Of a stretch of 64,000 bases of DNA, positions 23,810 through 60,117 are shown piece by piece; the stretch's first letter is position 1; every line of letters starts with the position of its first letter. Under the pieces are notes generated by a model, which searched no databases, was not told the origin of the DNA, and saw nothing but the letters and a program-made list of their open reading frames with translations. The position numbers and the translations under genes are program-made. Source of the stretch: the human T2T-CHM13v2.0 reference genome, Homo sapiens; NCBI RefSeq assembly GCF_009914755.1, contig NC_060926.1, one strand, 5' to 3'.

Positions 23810-26720
23810 AAGACAGCACTATGGGGGAAACATGTTTATTTTTATTGTTTAGGGCTCCAGAAATTGAGGTAGGTAAAGATACTAAAGATCAGTCATGCAA
23901 ATTTAGCAGAGGAGAGATGGTCCAGATTGATATGGAGAGAGATGGTCCAGTTTAATTCTTTTACTCCATAGTAACTGGTAGACCAATTCTAGACGTCCAT
24001 TTTACAATTGCCTCCAGTATTTGAACTTGCAAACAAAGGAGAACTTCTCCTTACAAGAATCATCCTTCCATTTCTTGAATCCTATAAGACAATGAGAAGA
24101 TTCAGACTGAGGGGATCAGAGTGTATTACCCTCCTGGCTGCAGGACTCAGCAAAAATAAAGAGGAAACACTCCTCTATTTCCTGAATGAGGAGCTCACCC
24201 TTCCTCTATCCCAGTCCCCGGTCGATCCTCAGAGATAAATAGGAGAGGATGGCAATAAGTGTGTGGATTCTGTGCCTCTCACCTGAGCTTGAAGTCAGGC
24301 TAGCACAGTAGGCAGTATTGGCACAGCTTGGGGATCCAATGTCCCAGGATTTGTAGGAGACCAGGGACCCACTACTCCACTGATAATGGCAGTTCTAGAT
24401 GGGGAAGGGCCAGAACAGGGGCAGACGTGACTCAGAAAGAGACAGAAACACCTGGTTTGTGTTCGCACTCAGAAACAGGTCAAGACATAAGACAAGAATA
24501 AACCTTCCTTTTTCTCTAAGTGTCATATTATTTCCTCCACATTTTCTCTAAGCTGCTTCTTTCCTGGAATGTTCACCTACCTCTCTGTGTCCTGCCAAAC
24601 GATAAGTGTTCTAAATTTGCCACAGGGAACCATGACACCTCATTATTGAAACTAGTTCCTGGTTTTTCTTTCCTGAGGCCCCAAAAGTTCATATCCAGCA
24701 TAGCATTAGATGGCCATTAGTTGTTGATATATTATTTAGTATACCTTGCGGTTCCCAATTGCCAGCAGTAGATTCTCCTCCTCTATAATCTTTTTCTATA
24801 TGGTCTACAGAAGGCTCTTCTATAACAGAGATGATAACACAATAGATAAGAGGTACATAATAGATACATAAAGATGCTACCCTAGAAGTACAGAGAATGA
24901 GTTTATCTGTGAATGCCTGAAACACACAGGAAATTCAGCTTTAAGCTTATCTCGAAGAACCTATGGAGAACCTTGATATCCTTTACATTATATGATTTAT
25001 AGAGAGGTTGCTTTTATCATAATATAGTAAAAACTGATGCTTGAGGTGCCAGACATCAGACCCTCTGGAACCTGATAATCAGGAGGTAGAAGATGCAGCA
25101 GACTGATCCGGTGGGGGTCATGGAGGCCAATCCAGACATTGCTATCCTTGGTGCCACTCTCTTTAATCAGCGAAGCCACAAAGGCACCCTCAGCCTGGGT
25201 GAGCACAGACACCAGGTTACCTGAATTCATGTTCTGGCAGTAGAGCTGTTGGAGAAGAAAATGGAGCACTCAGTGAAGGAGGAAAGTGTGGGAGACATAT
25301 TGAGCCCTCCCAGAGGATGTAACAGAAAAAGGACAGCACAGAAATGTCCCTGATGATGCTGTCACTGACCACCAGCATCTCTGTGCTGAATGATGGGATA
25401 AAGTAGATTGGAAAGTTTTGGGCTGATGATTGGATAGGGAGGGGATTAGTCTCATCTCATATCAGCCACTGAACACACTGGAGAGTGGCAGCTTCCCCTC
25501 CCTTCGTGAGCCTCCCTTCCCACACTGCTCTCCTCACTCACATCTGCATAAACCCAGGTCTCATGCTCTTCATTAAAGTAGTAGCAGTGGGAGCCTTAGG
25601 CACTGGTGCCTTCTGGGCAGCTGATCTGGGCCTTGGGCAACTCAGCATGGGCCTCCTGTCCTGGGAAAAGAGAGACAATTAAGAAAGACCCTCAGGGCAA
25701 GGTAAAGGCTAAAATATGAGGTAGGAGCTTCTGAGGATTCTTTATAGGAATAGAAGGATCCTATAGGTCACGAAGCGATTGGTCACTTCTGCCCTTCTGC
25801 ATCTTACCTATAGGCTCTCAAGATGTCTTTGCTCAAGACAAGAGCACACAATGAATAGGCTCATGAAAAGTGTCCCCATTGTCCCTTTTACTTATGGCTT
25901 TTTCTTCCTTGAAGGACTGAGGCTTCTTTCTCAAGCCTGTCCAGTTTCTCTACACACAAAGCTCCCCTCAGTTCCCCATTCCACTAATGACTGTCTACAA
26001 ACAGACATCCTCAACCCCCCCATCATGAGTAGTGTTAATATGACAAACCAATGCCAACTGCAGTGGTCACTGATAAAGGGTTATGCTAAGTTCCATCTCT
26101 AACTCCTTAGGGAGGTCAGGATGTTTTTGAATGGGATGAGATCAGCAATAAATATCACTGAACAACACAAGACAACCCCTGAACTTGACTCTGCTTTTTC
26201 TCAAGTGAACTCATATGCATGAGGATAGAGTGAGGGCTTCAGGGCTGGGGTTGTGGGAGGTATGTGTGGGGAAAACAATCTCACCTTGGCTCAGAGACAG
26301 GAACATCAGGCAGGAGATCAGCATGAAGCATGAGTTGGTCTGAGCCATGCTGAGCAGCAGTGAATCTCTTGCTTAAGGAGCAAATCAGCAATCTCTATAG
26401 GAAAACACAGGGAAGAGGGTTTGAGAGAATGAGAGCAGAGCACCTATTACCTTCCTTATTTCCTCCTCTGAATTCCTGACAGCAGGAAGGTCCTCTGAGA
26501 TATCTACATTCCCATATATTTCTCTTGAGAATCTGGAAACTATACAGGCTCAGTAATCCAAAATAACTTTGGCTTCTACTGAGGCTTCGTTACTGCTGAC
26601 ACCTCTTGGACAGATGACGCTGTATCTTCCCCAAGATTTTAGATTACAGCCCTTGTGAAAGGTACCCTTCTCCTGTAATGCCCACTTACTTGTTGGCTGA
26701 ATCTGAGGTGGCTTTTCAGG
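23810..26720 (-). pseudogene. REG1CP: REG1CP (REG1P/RS): unprocessed REG1 pseudogene, reported to be transcribed as a lncRNA
   Basis: Exon homologues on the minus strand: exon 1 ends 26690; 26394-26285 (ATG 26348, [22 protein letters not shown]); 25660-25542; 25245-25108; 24394-24283; 24081-24002. Lesions: TAA at codon 43 (25596-25598), exon-4 donor GT>AT (25107-25106), normal stop TAG>TGG. Tandem AATAAA at 23835-23846. Confidence 0.95.
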
Positions 26721-27160
26721 CTAGGTAATGGTAGAGATGTATAACAGGATCTGAGAGAAGAGCCACAGTATTTAAGCCGGGGTGGAGCAAGGAGTGAGAG
26801 ACAGCGGTTCTACAGAGGGCATTGACAGTAAGAGGTTCTGGCATCAAGAGGAGCTCTTCCTGGCATATCCTGGGAATGGCCACAGATGAAGTCCCTTCCC
26901 CTAAACTGGAAACCTTTCCAAGTTCAAGGCAGACCTTGCCCTTGCTCAGCAGAAACCAGATGTCCTATCCTGCAGCCCTGAAGATCCAGCAAGCAGCTGA
27001 GACCTTCCAGGAATCTTGGCAGCTGTTATGCAGGCTAGGCCAGCAGTAGTAGAGGCAGAGAGAGTGAGAACCTGGAGTAGGGCCGTCTTTGAGACACAGG
27101 GAGAAGGGAGCTGCTGAATGGTTATGGAGCATCCCTGTTTGGAGCAGTGGGGCAAATAGA
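26720..27160 (-). promoter_or_regulatory. REG1CP promoter (paralogous to the REG1A promoter)
   Basis: TATA homologue reads TATACA (26743-26738); STAT-like TGCCAGGAA at 26865-26857; colinear with REG1A 8500-8800. Confidence 0.7.
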
Positions 27161-27265
27161 GTTTAAAATATTGGTAACTTAATTGACTTTTCCAATACTG
27201 TACTATGGAAGAAAGCAGAGCTAAAACTCAATTCTTCTTTTTTTCTCCTTCGTAGTCTAATATAC

Positions 27266-27304
27266 TGTTGTTGTTGCTGTTGTTGTTGTTGTTTGTTTGT
27301 TTTG
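27266..27304. repeat. (TGT)n/(TTTG)n microsatellite
   Basis: Direct inspection. Confidence 0.85.
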
Positions 27305-27909
27305 GTCTCTGAGCACCCTCCACTTGCAGGTTCTGTCAGTCCATGTATGGTCAGTCCTTCTGCACTGTCCATTTCCTGACAAGACCACTGCCTGCATCAC
27401 CCTGTTATAACCTTTATGTACTTCTCAAACCATTCATGCATTTCAATTTGGACTGTCCCACAAGTAGCTGAAAAGCCTATGCTTTCCTTCCTCTGTTGAG
27501 CACACTTTTAAAACCATCAAGATCACTCTCTATCTTTTGCAAAAGGAGCTCCAGGTTCTTTCTGAGAATCTCCCTTACTGGATTTGCTGGCTTGCCTTCT
27601 GATCCTACCATCCAGTAGAATTTCCTATTGGTTCTTTTCAACATTGGCATTTTCTCTACTTAGCCAATTAAAGAACACAATAGGGCCAGACCTAAGAATT
27701 TTCCTTCATGTTGTCTCCTTAGCATAGATTAAAATAGCCTTATAATGCACCAGAAGATAGGTTAAGATCTGTTCATTAAAATTTTAGAGGAACCAGGTCT
27801 TTGATCTTTGGAGAAGGTAATTATAACTCACAAGAGGATTCCAGACTAATCCCCATATATGTTTTTCCCCTGTAAAGTCAGTTTATTAGTTTAACTTGGC
27901 TGTGTGACA

Positions 27910-28385
27910 AACTTTCACTCTCATTCAGATTATTGACTGAATTCAGTTCCTTGTAGTTGTAGAGTTGTAGCACTGAGGTTCCCACTTCCTTGCTGGCTAT
28001 CAGCTTAGGTGCCAGTCTCAGCTAGATTCCTTGGTACAAGAACCTCTCCATCTTCTAAGCTAGCAACAGGACAGTGAATTCTTTTTGGCCTTTGAATTTC
28101 TTGACTTCCCCTTATGCTGCCAGTCAGAGAAAATTATCTGCTTTCAAATGGCTCACGTGATTAGACTGGGCCCCTCCAGGAATCTCCCAAAACCTGCTTT
28201 CTTATTGATACAAGGTCAATGAATTAGTAACCTTCATTGTATCTTCAAGAATCCCTTTTTCCATGTAATATAACATAGTTGTGGTTTTTCAATCTCATCC
28301 TATTTACAGGTTCTGCTCACATTCATAGGGCACACATTACATAACATCAAGGGTCATGGGGGTCATAATTCTGCATAGCACAGCA
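27910..28385. mobile_element. Old MLT1-type LTR fragment
   Basis: ATTCAGTTCCTTGTAGTTGTAG...CTGAGGTTCCCACTTCCTTGCTGGCT; CTCACGTGATTAGACTGGGCCC. Confidence 0.5.
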
Positions 28386-28767
28386 TGGCAAATAATTCAT
28401 GCTCCTCTGCGATGAACCTCACTCAAACTTGTATAAGGGGAACAATTACTCTATTTCCCACATGAAAGAATCAAAAGGCTTCATACCTAAGACATTTCCT
28501 CTGGACTTTCATGTTCATGCCCTTTCAGCTAATGTCCCCCTCCTCCAACTAATCCCCACTTGCATAATACTTCATCCCCTAACGATTTATCTTCATATCT
28601 TTTGATTAAATTCAAATTACTCAATTTATGACTGCTAATCCTCAGGAACAGTCCCTCTATCCTTGATGGTGGCTGAAGTACCCTTGCTAAAGCCCCATAA
28701 AACATTTCACCTTCCTGCCCCAAGTCAGAATGGCCCTTGGGACTCTTCTTAGGCCAAGAACATTTTC

Positions 28768-29061
28768 TTTTCTTTTTTTCTTTTTTTTTTTTTTTTTGAG
28801 ACGGAGTTTTGCTCTGTCGCCCAGGCTGGAGTGCTCACTGCAAGCTCCGCCTCCCGGGTTCACTCCATTCTTCTGCCTCAGCCTCCCGAGTAGCTGGGAC
28901 GACAGGCACCTGCCACCACGCCCGGCTAATTTTTTGTGTTTTTAGTAGAGACGGGGTTTCACCGTGTTAGTCAGGATGGTCTCGATCTCCTGATCTCGTG
29001 ATCCACCCGCCTCGGCCACCCAAAGTGCTGGGATTACAGGCGTGAGTCACCGCGCCCAGCC
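28768..29061 (-). mobile_element. AluY with a short internal deletion
   Basis: CpG-rich Y diagnostics; TSD AGAACATTTTC on both sides. Confidence 0.92.
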
Positions 29062-29074
29062 AGAACATTTTCAA

Positions 29075-29216
29075 ATAAAGTCTTATGCTACTGACGCTTT
29101 GTAGCTATCCCATCTAGGTTTGTGTAAGTACAGTCTTTGATGTTCACGTGAAAATGAAATCACCTAAGGATGCGTTTTTTAGAACATATCCCCATAGTTA
29201 AATAACCTATAATTGT
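29075..29216 (+). mobile_element. Tigger3/MER7-like terminal fragment
   Basis: CCATCTAGGTTTGTGTAAGTACA...TTAGAACATATCCCCATAGTTAA. Confidence 0.6.
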
Positions 29217-29581
29217 ATTCTCTGGCACTTTATACTCAAAATGTTCAAAGATTCCAACTATTAAATGGTCAGCATTTTAAAAGTTGTTACGAAGATGGCT
29301 TTAGAAATATAGATAAATTCTTAAAGAAACAAACAAAAATCCTAAAATTTATTTTTGTAAGTGTTGTTGAGGATAGGCTAATAAAAACTCTGACTGTATA
29401 ACCCCAAATTTTAGTAGTGCTCTGGTTGATTTTCTTCCATACTTATTTTCTTACAAGATTCCCGAATCTGTGATCCTCTTGAACTCCACAGTATTTGATG
29501 TTTGCAAATGTTTGGAAGGACATTTGTTTTACCTTCAGGTTTTCTTTGGGGAGACATTCTTAGAAAGCTGAGCTGTTCCTG

Positions 29582-29885
29582 GGCCGGGTACAGTGGCTCA
29601 CACCTGTAATCCCAGGACTTTGGGAGGCCGAGGTGGGCGGATCATGAGGTCAGGAGTTCGAGACCAGCCTGGCCAATATGGCAAAACCCCATCTCTACTG
29701 AAAATACAAAAATTAGCCAGGCACAGTGGCAGGCACCTGTAATCCCAGCTACTTGGGAGGCTGAGGCAGGAGAATCGCTTCAACCCGGGAGGCAGAGGTT
29801 GCAGTGAGCTGAGATGTGCCACTGCATTCCAGCTGGGGTGACAGAGCAAGACTCCATTTCAAAAAAAAAAAAAGAGAGAGAGAAA
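29582..29885 (+). mobile_element. AluS (Sg-like)
   Basis: Full dimer; TSD AGAAAGCTGAG. Confidence 0.92.
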
Positions 29886-29945
29886 AAGAAAGCTGAGGTT
29901 GTTGTTTTCTTCCAATGTGCTGCAAGCAAAAATCATTTAACTTCA

Positions 29946-30789
<844 letters not shown>

Positions 30790-31499
30790 TCTTCTCTGAA
30801 CATTATTTTCTCTCTCCATAAAACAAGAGGGCTCTTCACACTTAGAGTAGTCAATGACTTTTAGAAAAAGATGATTTGTGTGGATTTAATTGTCTGAGGA
30901 AAGGTCTGTGGGAAGTTGGCAGCAGAGAGATGATAAGCTTTTGAAAATCTTTAAAATGATGGAATTGAAGAAGGAATGCACCAAAAGCATTATACAACTG
31001 GAAAACTTTTCTCATCCCTATGATAAATTTCAAGTAGCACCTAAGACATTACATGCACATTCTACAGACAGCATCTCTGGCTAACATTTTCTTGATAGAA
31101 TACCTCTTGGTTTCTAAATACCTCAACTCCACACAATGTTTATGTTCCTCAGTGCAACATTTTTTCAGCCAAAGCTGAAATGTTTTATATATGCATCTCC
31201 AAATATCAATGTAAATATTTTAATACAATTATAACTGGACTAAATCTCTAGTTACATTTCAAGTACAATGAATGAAGAAACAGAATCATGTGTACTTTGA
31301 AAAGAATACTGAGAGTCAATAAAGGGGTCCTGGTCATGGGTCATACGTGTTGCTGGTGTAAAAAGAGACTCATTGGACCACGGCATTTCATACCAAAAAA
31401 AATGGTTTTTGAGAAACACATTATTCATCTTCCAATAAGGGAGCTAAACTTTTAAAGAATTTTTCATCTCAGCATGACATTTTGCCATTTATATATAGA

Positions 31500-45010
<13,511 letters not shown>

Positions 45011-45345
45011 GCCATTCTCTGAGAAGTACTATTCTAAGCACCATCAGAGCCTCCTAAATCTGTTCATGTCACACTGTCAGGTTTGGGCTACGGGAATGGG
45101 AGGGCAGTAAGTACGCGGGAGAGAAATGTCCTCATCTCTCCACAACACAAATCCTACATGAGCAGGACCCACACCCTCATCATAACACACTGGTAGGGAT
45201 GCACACTTCATCATTTTCCCTAGAGGCCTGGGTGAATAGGGAAGAAGCAAGACCCATAAAGTTTCCTCCACTCAAACACTTTGTCCTTCTCAGAGTATGG
45301 CTATGACACTGGCATATACAAGACAAACAAGTGCAGACTAAAAAT

Positions 45346-45351
45346 TTTATT
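45346..45351 (-). terminator. REG3A polyadenylation signal
   Basis: TTTATT on + (AATAAA on -), ~200 nt downstream of the stop. Confidence 0.85.
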
Positions 45352-45551
45352 GCTCTTTAAAGCCTTAGGCCGTATGACAAAATGAAGAGACTGAAATGAC
45401 AGCGGGGAGGAAGAAACAGAAGAAAGATAAGAATGAGGTGGTCAGGTTGGGGGAATTAAGCGAATATTCTCTTCCAGGGTGAGTCCTCACACTGGTCTCA
45501 TGCCCATGATGAGTTGCACACCAAACACAGGCTGCTGACTTCCCTCCTGCA

Positions 45552-47731
<2,180 letters not shown>

Positions 47732-48053
47732 AGTGTCTGCGACTTGAGGAGGCAATCAGGAGTCACTAAAGAAAGCGTGGTCAGTGGGAGAACACACAGA
47801 TACCCCACTGCCTCATGTCATTTTCCTTCTCTAGTCCCCTAGGACTAAAGTGATCTTGGTCACATCCATCATCTTCTACAGTTCTGAATGAGTTGTGAAT
47901 CTGTGTACTCTCCCATCCCCGAGCCCTCCCAGGACACCCTTGCTGAGTCTCAGAGTTCCTGTGCTCCCTGAGGAAGGGACCCTCCCATGTATTCTCCTGT
48001 GTCATGTGCAGTAGCTCCTCCCTGGGTCTCATCTTCTCTCAGCTCCCACTTAC

Positions 48054-48320
48054 CTCTCTGGTGGGATATGGTATGGTTTGTCTGGTCAGGAAAGAGTGGG
48101 ATTTTATAAGAGGATCTGGGGGAGGGACATTGGAGTGAAGAGTGACAATGAGTAGGCAGGACAGGGGTCATGGGGTGGGGTTGGCATGGACTCTTCCTGG
48201 CAAAGACTGGGGATTTTCCCAGATGTTGCCTCTTTCCTGTTGGCAGGCCAACACTTTCCCTAGGAAGAGGTGAAGTTTGCTTTTTCCTCTGCATCCTCCT
48301 TGTCAAAGGCCTGTGGCACC
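48054..48320 (-). promoter_or_regulatory. REG3A: REG3A non-coding exon 1 and proximal promoter
   Basis: TATAAA 48108-48103; exon 1 ~48080-48054 with donor GAG|GTAAGT; exon 2 acceptor at 47765; STAT-like TGCCAGGAA 48202-48194 plus further TTCC(N)GAA-like motifs. Confidence 0.85.
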
Positions 48321-48835
48321 AAATGTGATATGAAATCTTCTAATGTGGACATCTGAAAGAGGAGTTCCTCTGGTGGGTTTCTTAAGAACCCACTTCTGGA
48401 GGCAAACCTATGTATTTCTTATTACCTTGCCTAGTAAGATTAAATAAATGTTAGGTGTTAAGTGAAGATTTACGGGAATTATAAGTATCATGGACAGTTG
48501 AGGACATAGATGGTACTGAAGCTAAGAGTAGGAGTGAGGGTTCAGGGCCATTATGCAAGCATGATAGCTAATTTTGATGAAACTTCAGAATTGTCTGACA
48601 AGTCAATACATGAGCCACAATCTTACAGAAAATCAGGTGAATGGACTTGTCTTTCCAGTCTTCAGCAAGAAAGAGCTTCCCCAGTGGAGAATGACAATGG
48701 CAATGTGATAGAATAAGAGGTAATGAAGGAAAACAAGACATAAGAAGGACTACAGTCAAATAATGAGGATCAAAGAAGAATGAATAATAGTTAAAGAAGG
48801 GAAGAGCAGCCATTGTGTAAAATCATAGGTCAGTT

Positions 48836-49125
48836 GGCCAGGTGCTGTGGCTCAGGTCTATAATCCCAGCACTTTGAGAGGCTGAGGTGGGAGGATCACC
48901 TGAAGCAAGGAGTTCAAGAGCAGCCTGGGCAACACATTAAGACCCTATCTCTACAATTTATATTTTAATTTAAGCCAGTTGCGGTGGTGTGTGCTTGTGG
49001 TCCTAGCTACTCAGCAGGCTGAGGTAGGAGGACCTTCAGTTGAACCCAGGAGTTCAAGGCTGCAGTAAGTTATGATCATCCCACTGCACTCCAGCTTAGG
49101 CAACAGAGTGAGAGCCTATCTCTAA
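48836..49125 (+). mobile_element. AluJ in the REG3A upstream region
   Basis: J diagnostics (GAGTTCAAGGCTGCAGTAAGTTATGATC). Confidence 0.88.
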
Positions 49126-49689
49126 ATTTTTGTTTTGTGATGTTGTAAACATAATTCTGAATTGCATGTAAGTCTCTATTACATCAAAATGCTCACTACT
49201 TGTAGGTTGCTCATGAGCTTCCTTGCTGGACTGCCATTTGGCTGTACATTAAAAGCCCTTTTCATTGCATTCTTACTGGGCAAATGGTCAGCTTCATATG
49301 GGTATACTGGGAGAAGTTCTTTTAGTCATGTTTATTTTTGAGTTAGCAGTTTGGTGCCTCTGACAAGCATACTACATTGCCCATACACTGGTTCAGGTTC
49401 AGTTTGGCCAGTCCAGGAAAAAGTTAGGCTGGGAATTTCTACAGACCCTGACTCTCATGCTATTGTTGTAATATGCCAACTTGTATGCAGATGTTTATAG
49501 TAGGGGTCTGTGACGAGGTCATGAGATGTAGCTCATCCTTAATTCACGTCCTCAAAATTCAGTACCCAAAATTCAATGCAATTCATCAAATAATATGAGA
49601 AGAAATATAGCCAGCAGATTATTTTGTTAAAAAGGATTTTTTTCCACAAAATTTATACAACAATATGTAAACACATGGAGGTACGGGGT

Positions 49690-49880
49690 AGAAGGTAACC
49701 AGAGGGTAGAATAGTTACCAGAGGCTGAGACGGGTGAGGGGAGATGAAAAGAGTTTAGTTCATCGTACAAACATACAGCTAGATAGAAGGAATATGTTCT
49801 AGCTTTTGATAGCACATAGGGTGACTATAGTTAACAACAATATGTTGTATATTTCAAGATACCTAGGAGAGAAGATTTGA
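49690..49880 (+). mobile_element. L1M 3' fragment
   Basis: AGGGTGACTATAGTTAACAACAATATGTTGTATATTTCAAGATA. Confidence 0.65.
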
Positions 49881-51227
49881 AATGCTGACAGTTTATTATT
49901 AAAACTCACTTTTGTTCTTAATTGAAATAGTGTGACCTTTGTAATAAGCCTTAAGGTTATAAAATCCCTAAGTGCAATGTGAAATTTTCTTTGCAATGAC
50001 ACTCACTAAACTCACTAAAGTTGAGTTGTTTTTGTTTTATTTTTCATTGTTTCTTCATAACAATGCTTATTAACCAAGCACTGAGAAGTTTGTTTAAATA
50101 TTATATTTCTTGAGCTGGTTTTGAGTTATATAAAAATCTACTTCTTAGGGATGACACAGGAATTCTTATTCTTGATGTAACCAAGGCTGAGTTTTAAGGA
50201 GCTTCCTTTGCCAAAAGATGTCCAATTTGTACTTTTATCCCTATTATCTTCTGAATCAGATATTTGCAGATAAGACTTAGTAGTCATTCTTAGAATTATA
50301 AAAGTGAAAACTGATCTCTTTGCAGGAGCCTAATATATTTGTTTCAAGGATGGTAAAATGTAGAGGTTTCCTGGAAGATGGCTCAGCAGGGTCCATGTCA
50401 AAAATAGCCTTGAACTGTATCTCACTGGAGATTTATCACTAAAGTGCACCCCTTTGAGATATATTAACCAGATGTCCAGAATGCCACTTTGGTCCTTTCA
50501 TCTTATCCTAACACTGTCAGAAGAATTGGGAAAGGGATAAGATTAGGTGCTGAGCAACTATAAAACAGGAAAAAGGGACAAAACTTCAAAGCCCCTGAGG
50601 CCAATGAGGGAAGTTATTAACATCAAAGAACTGGAAAGCTGATAACATAGCTACTGAAATTTGGTCAATTATACGTAAGCCATGAACAGTAACTATCATA
50701 TGACCTGTGCAGTTATTGGAGGCAATAATTTTTATCAGAAAACTGTGTTAATATTTATTTGGTTTCAAATTTTCACATTGATCTTGGAAGAGTTCCCTGT
50801 TCATATCATGTTTGCTCTTCTAACGTTATCTATTTGGGTATTTTAAAAAGGCTATTGCTTTTTATTGATTTTTCTTTTAGAATAAGCTAGTTATAATACA
50901 AAATGTTCATTTGGGAAAAAATTAAGATAATGTTTTCAATTAATTACCATAAATCATACTCAAACAGCTTGTGGGTGATAATTTTGCAGATCTGAACTGT
51001 TCACAATGTATCAGAGTTCACATTTCTTGTGGTAGCAAATAAAAATAAAAATAAGAAATAATTCCATAGTCATGTTGCTTTTCTTTTTGTAATAAATTAT
51101 CTTTATCATACAGAAAACATTTAACAAACAAGTATAGGTTGACCATCTAGAATCTACAGCGATAATATCTTGCCATCTTTTTTAGCTTTATTTTTTAGAG
51201 AAATGAAGCAAAAAGAAGTAATACAAT

Positions 51228-51405
51228 CAAATTAATATTAATAAAATGATAAATAATACATTAATATTAATGATTAATAAAATGATAAATAATAAATGAT
51301 ATAATAAATAATATCATTAATAAAATGATAAATATAATAAAATTATAAATAATAATAATTAATATTATTTTAAAAAATAATATTAATAAAATGATAAATA
51401 AATAG
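51228..51405. repeat. AT-rich low-complexity tract with recurring ATTAATAAAATGATAA units
   Basis: Direct inspection; four copies of the unit. Confidence 0.8.
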
Positions 51406-51478
51406 TAGTCCATTTATGTTATTCCTCAGTCCCACTTATTTCCATGCTTCTCCATTACCAATTTTATAATTATTTTTC

Positions 51479-58679
<7,201 letters not shown>

Positions 58680-59051
58680 AATTTATATTTTTAATCATTT
58701 ACATCATATAGATATATCAACAAGCTATATATGATATGATTTTCTTTTATATTTACATATTTCATACATGTATCATTTACATTTTATGTAACATTCTGGA
58801 ACTTCTTTCTCATTCAATATTAGGTTTTAAAGTATATCTACATTGAGATAAATATTTCTAATTTATTGATTTTAACTACCATGCAATGTTTATTCATATA
58901 AGTATTTTTTAAAACTGTGTATTCATTCCTCTACTGATGGAAATGTGTATTTTGTTGATTTCAGGATATGCAATTTGCCACATTTTGAGTCTCCGAAATC
59001 TGAATTCAGTGCTAATAATGACAAATATATTCTCTATTTTCACTTTTTAAA

Positions 59052-59383
59052 ACAAAGGTTGGCAAACTTCTATATAGAGCCAGATAGTAAACAGCTCTGT
59101 GGGCTATGCCATTTTTGTCACAATTATTTAACTCTGCCATTGTAACACGAAAGCAGCATAGGCAATAAATAAGTCCATATACATGTTTGTGTTGTAGTTA
59201 GACATTAATTATGGACACAGAAATTCAAATTTTATGTAATTTCATGTGTCACAAAATGTTTTCTCTTCTTTTAATTATTTTCCAACATATACAAATAGAA
59301 TAATTTATTCTAAGTTCATAAGCCATATACAAACAGAAAAACGGGACAAATTTGGCCAACTGACTATAGTTTGCTAATACCTG
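59052..59383 (+). mobile_element. MER58 (hAT-Charlie MITE)
   Basis: TIR-like CAAAGGTTGGCAAAC ... GTTTGCTAATACCTG; GCCAGATAGTAAA motif. Confidence 0.75.
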
Positions 59384-59398
59384 CTATACAGAAAATGA

Positions 59399-59654
59399 GG
59401 GGATAAAGAAGGGGTGGTTGATGGATACAAAAACACAGTTGGTAAAAGGAATAGCATCTAGTGTTTGGTAGTACATTATGGTGACTACAGTTAACAGTAA
59501 TTTATTGTTTATTTTAAAATAACTAAAAGATTAAAACTGAAGTGTTCCTAACACAAAGAAATGATTAAAGCTTGAGGTTATGGATTCCCCAATTACCTTG
59601 ATTTGATCATTACACACTGTAACCTTGTATCAGGCTATCACATGTACCCCATAA
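59399..59654 (+). mobile_element. L1MA 3' tail, near-identical to 60993-61248
   Basis: By-eye alignment gives ~12 differences in ~255 nt. Confidence 0.85.
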
Positions 59655-60117
59655 TTAATAAATTAATGAAATAATAGCTCAATTAATTACAGAATGAGGA
59701 GCGCTCTGAAAGACAGATGTATAGGGATTTTTGAGAGCATAAAACAGAATGTACCTGGTGGTAGCAGTGAGAAAATGAGTTGATCTGATTCTAAAGGGCA
59801 CTGATTTTGATAATTTTTGTTCCATTTGGAATGAGAAACAGGTGTTTAGTGAATGAAACCAGATTAAGCATCTGTCAGCAAAATAGTTCAGAAAAACACT
59901 TTCATCTCAAATGTACTTTATTCCAGATAGAACAAGTTAAAATGAATCAAAGCAGCGTTTGTGGAAATAAGCAGCATATAAACAAAGAAAGTCAATTTCA
60001 GGCACTTCTTCAAAGTAACTTCTTACCACCTATTCAAATAAAATCCTAGTTGCAATGGAAAGTATATTTAAGGAACTGAAAAAATGCAGGTCCAAAATCT
60101 AGGTTCAAAGTTCATGT

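Noticed and set aside
27163-27372. Poly-Gln ORF
   Set aside because: Produced by the (TGT)n microsatellite; no gene structure.
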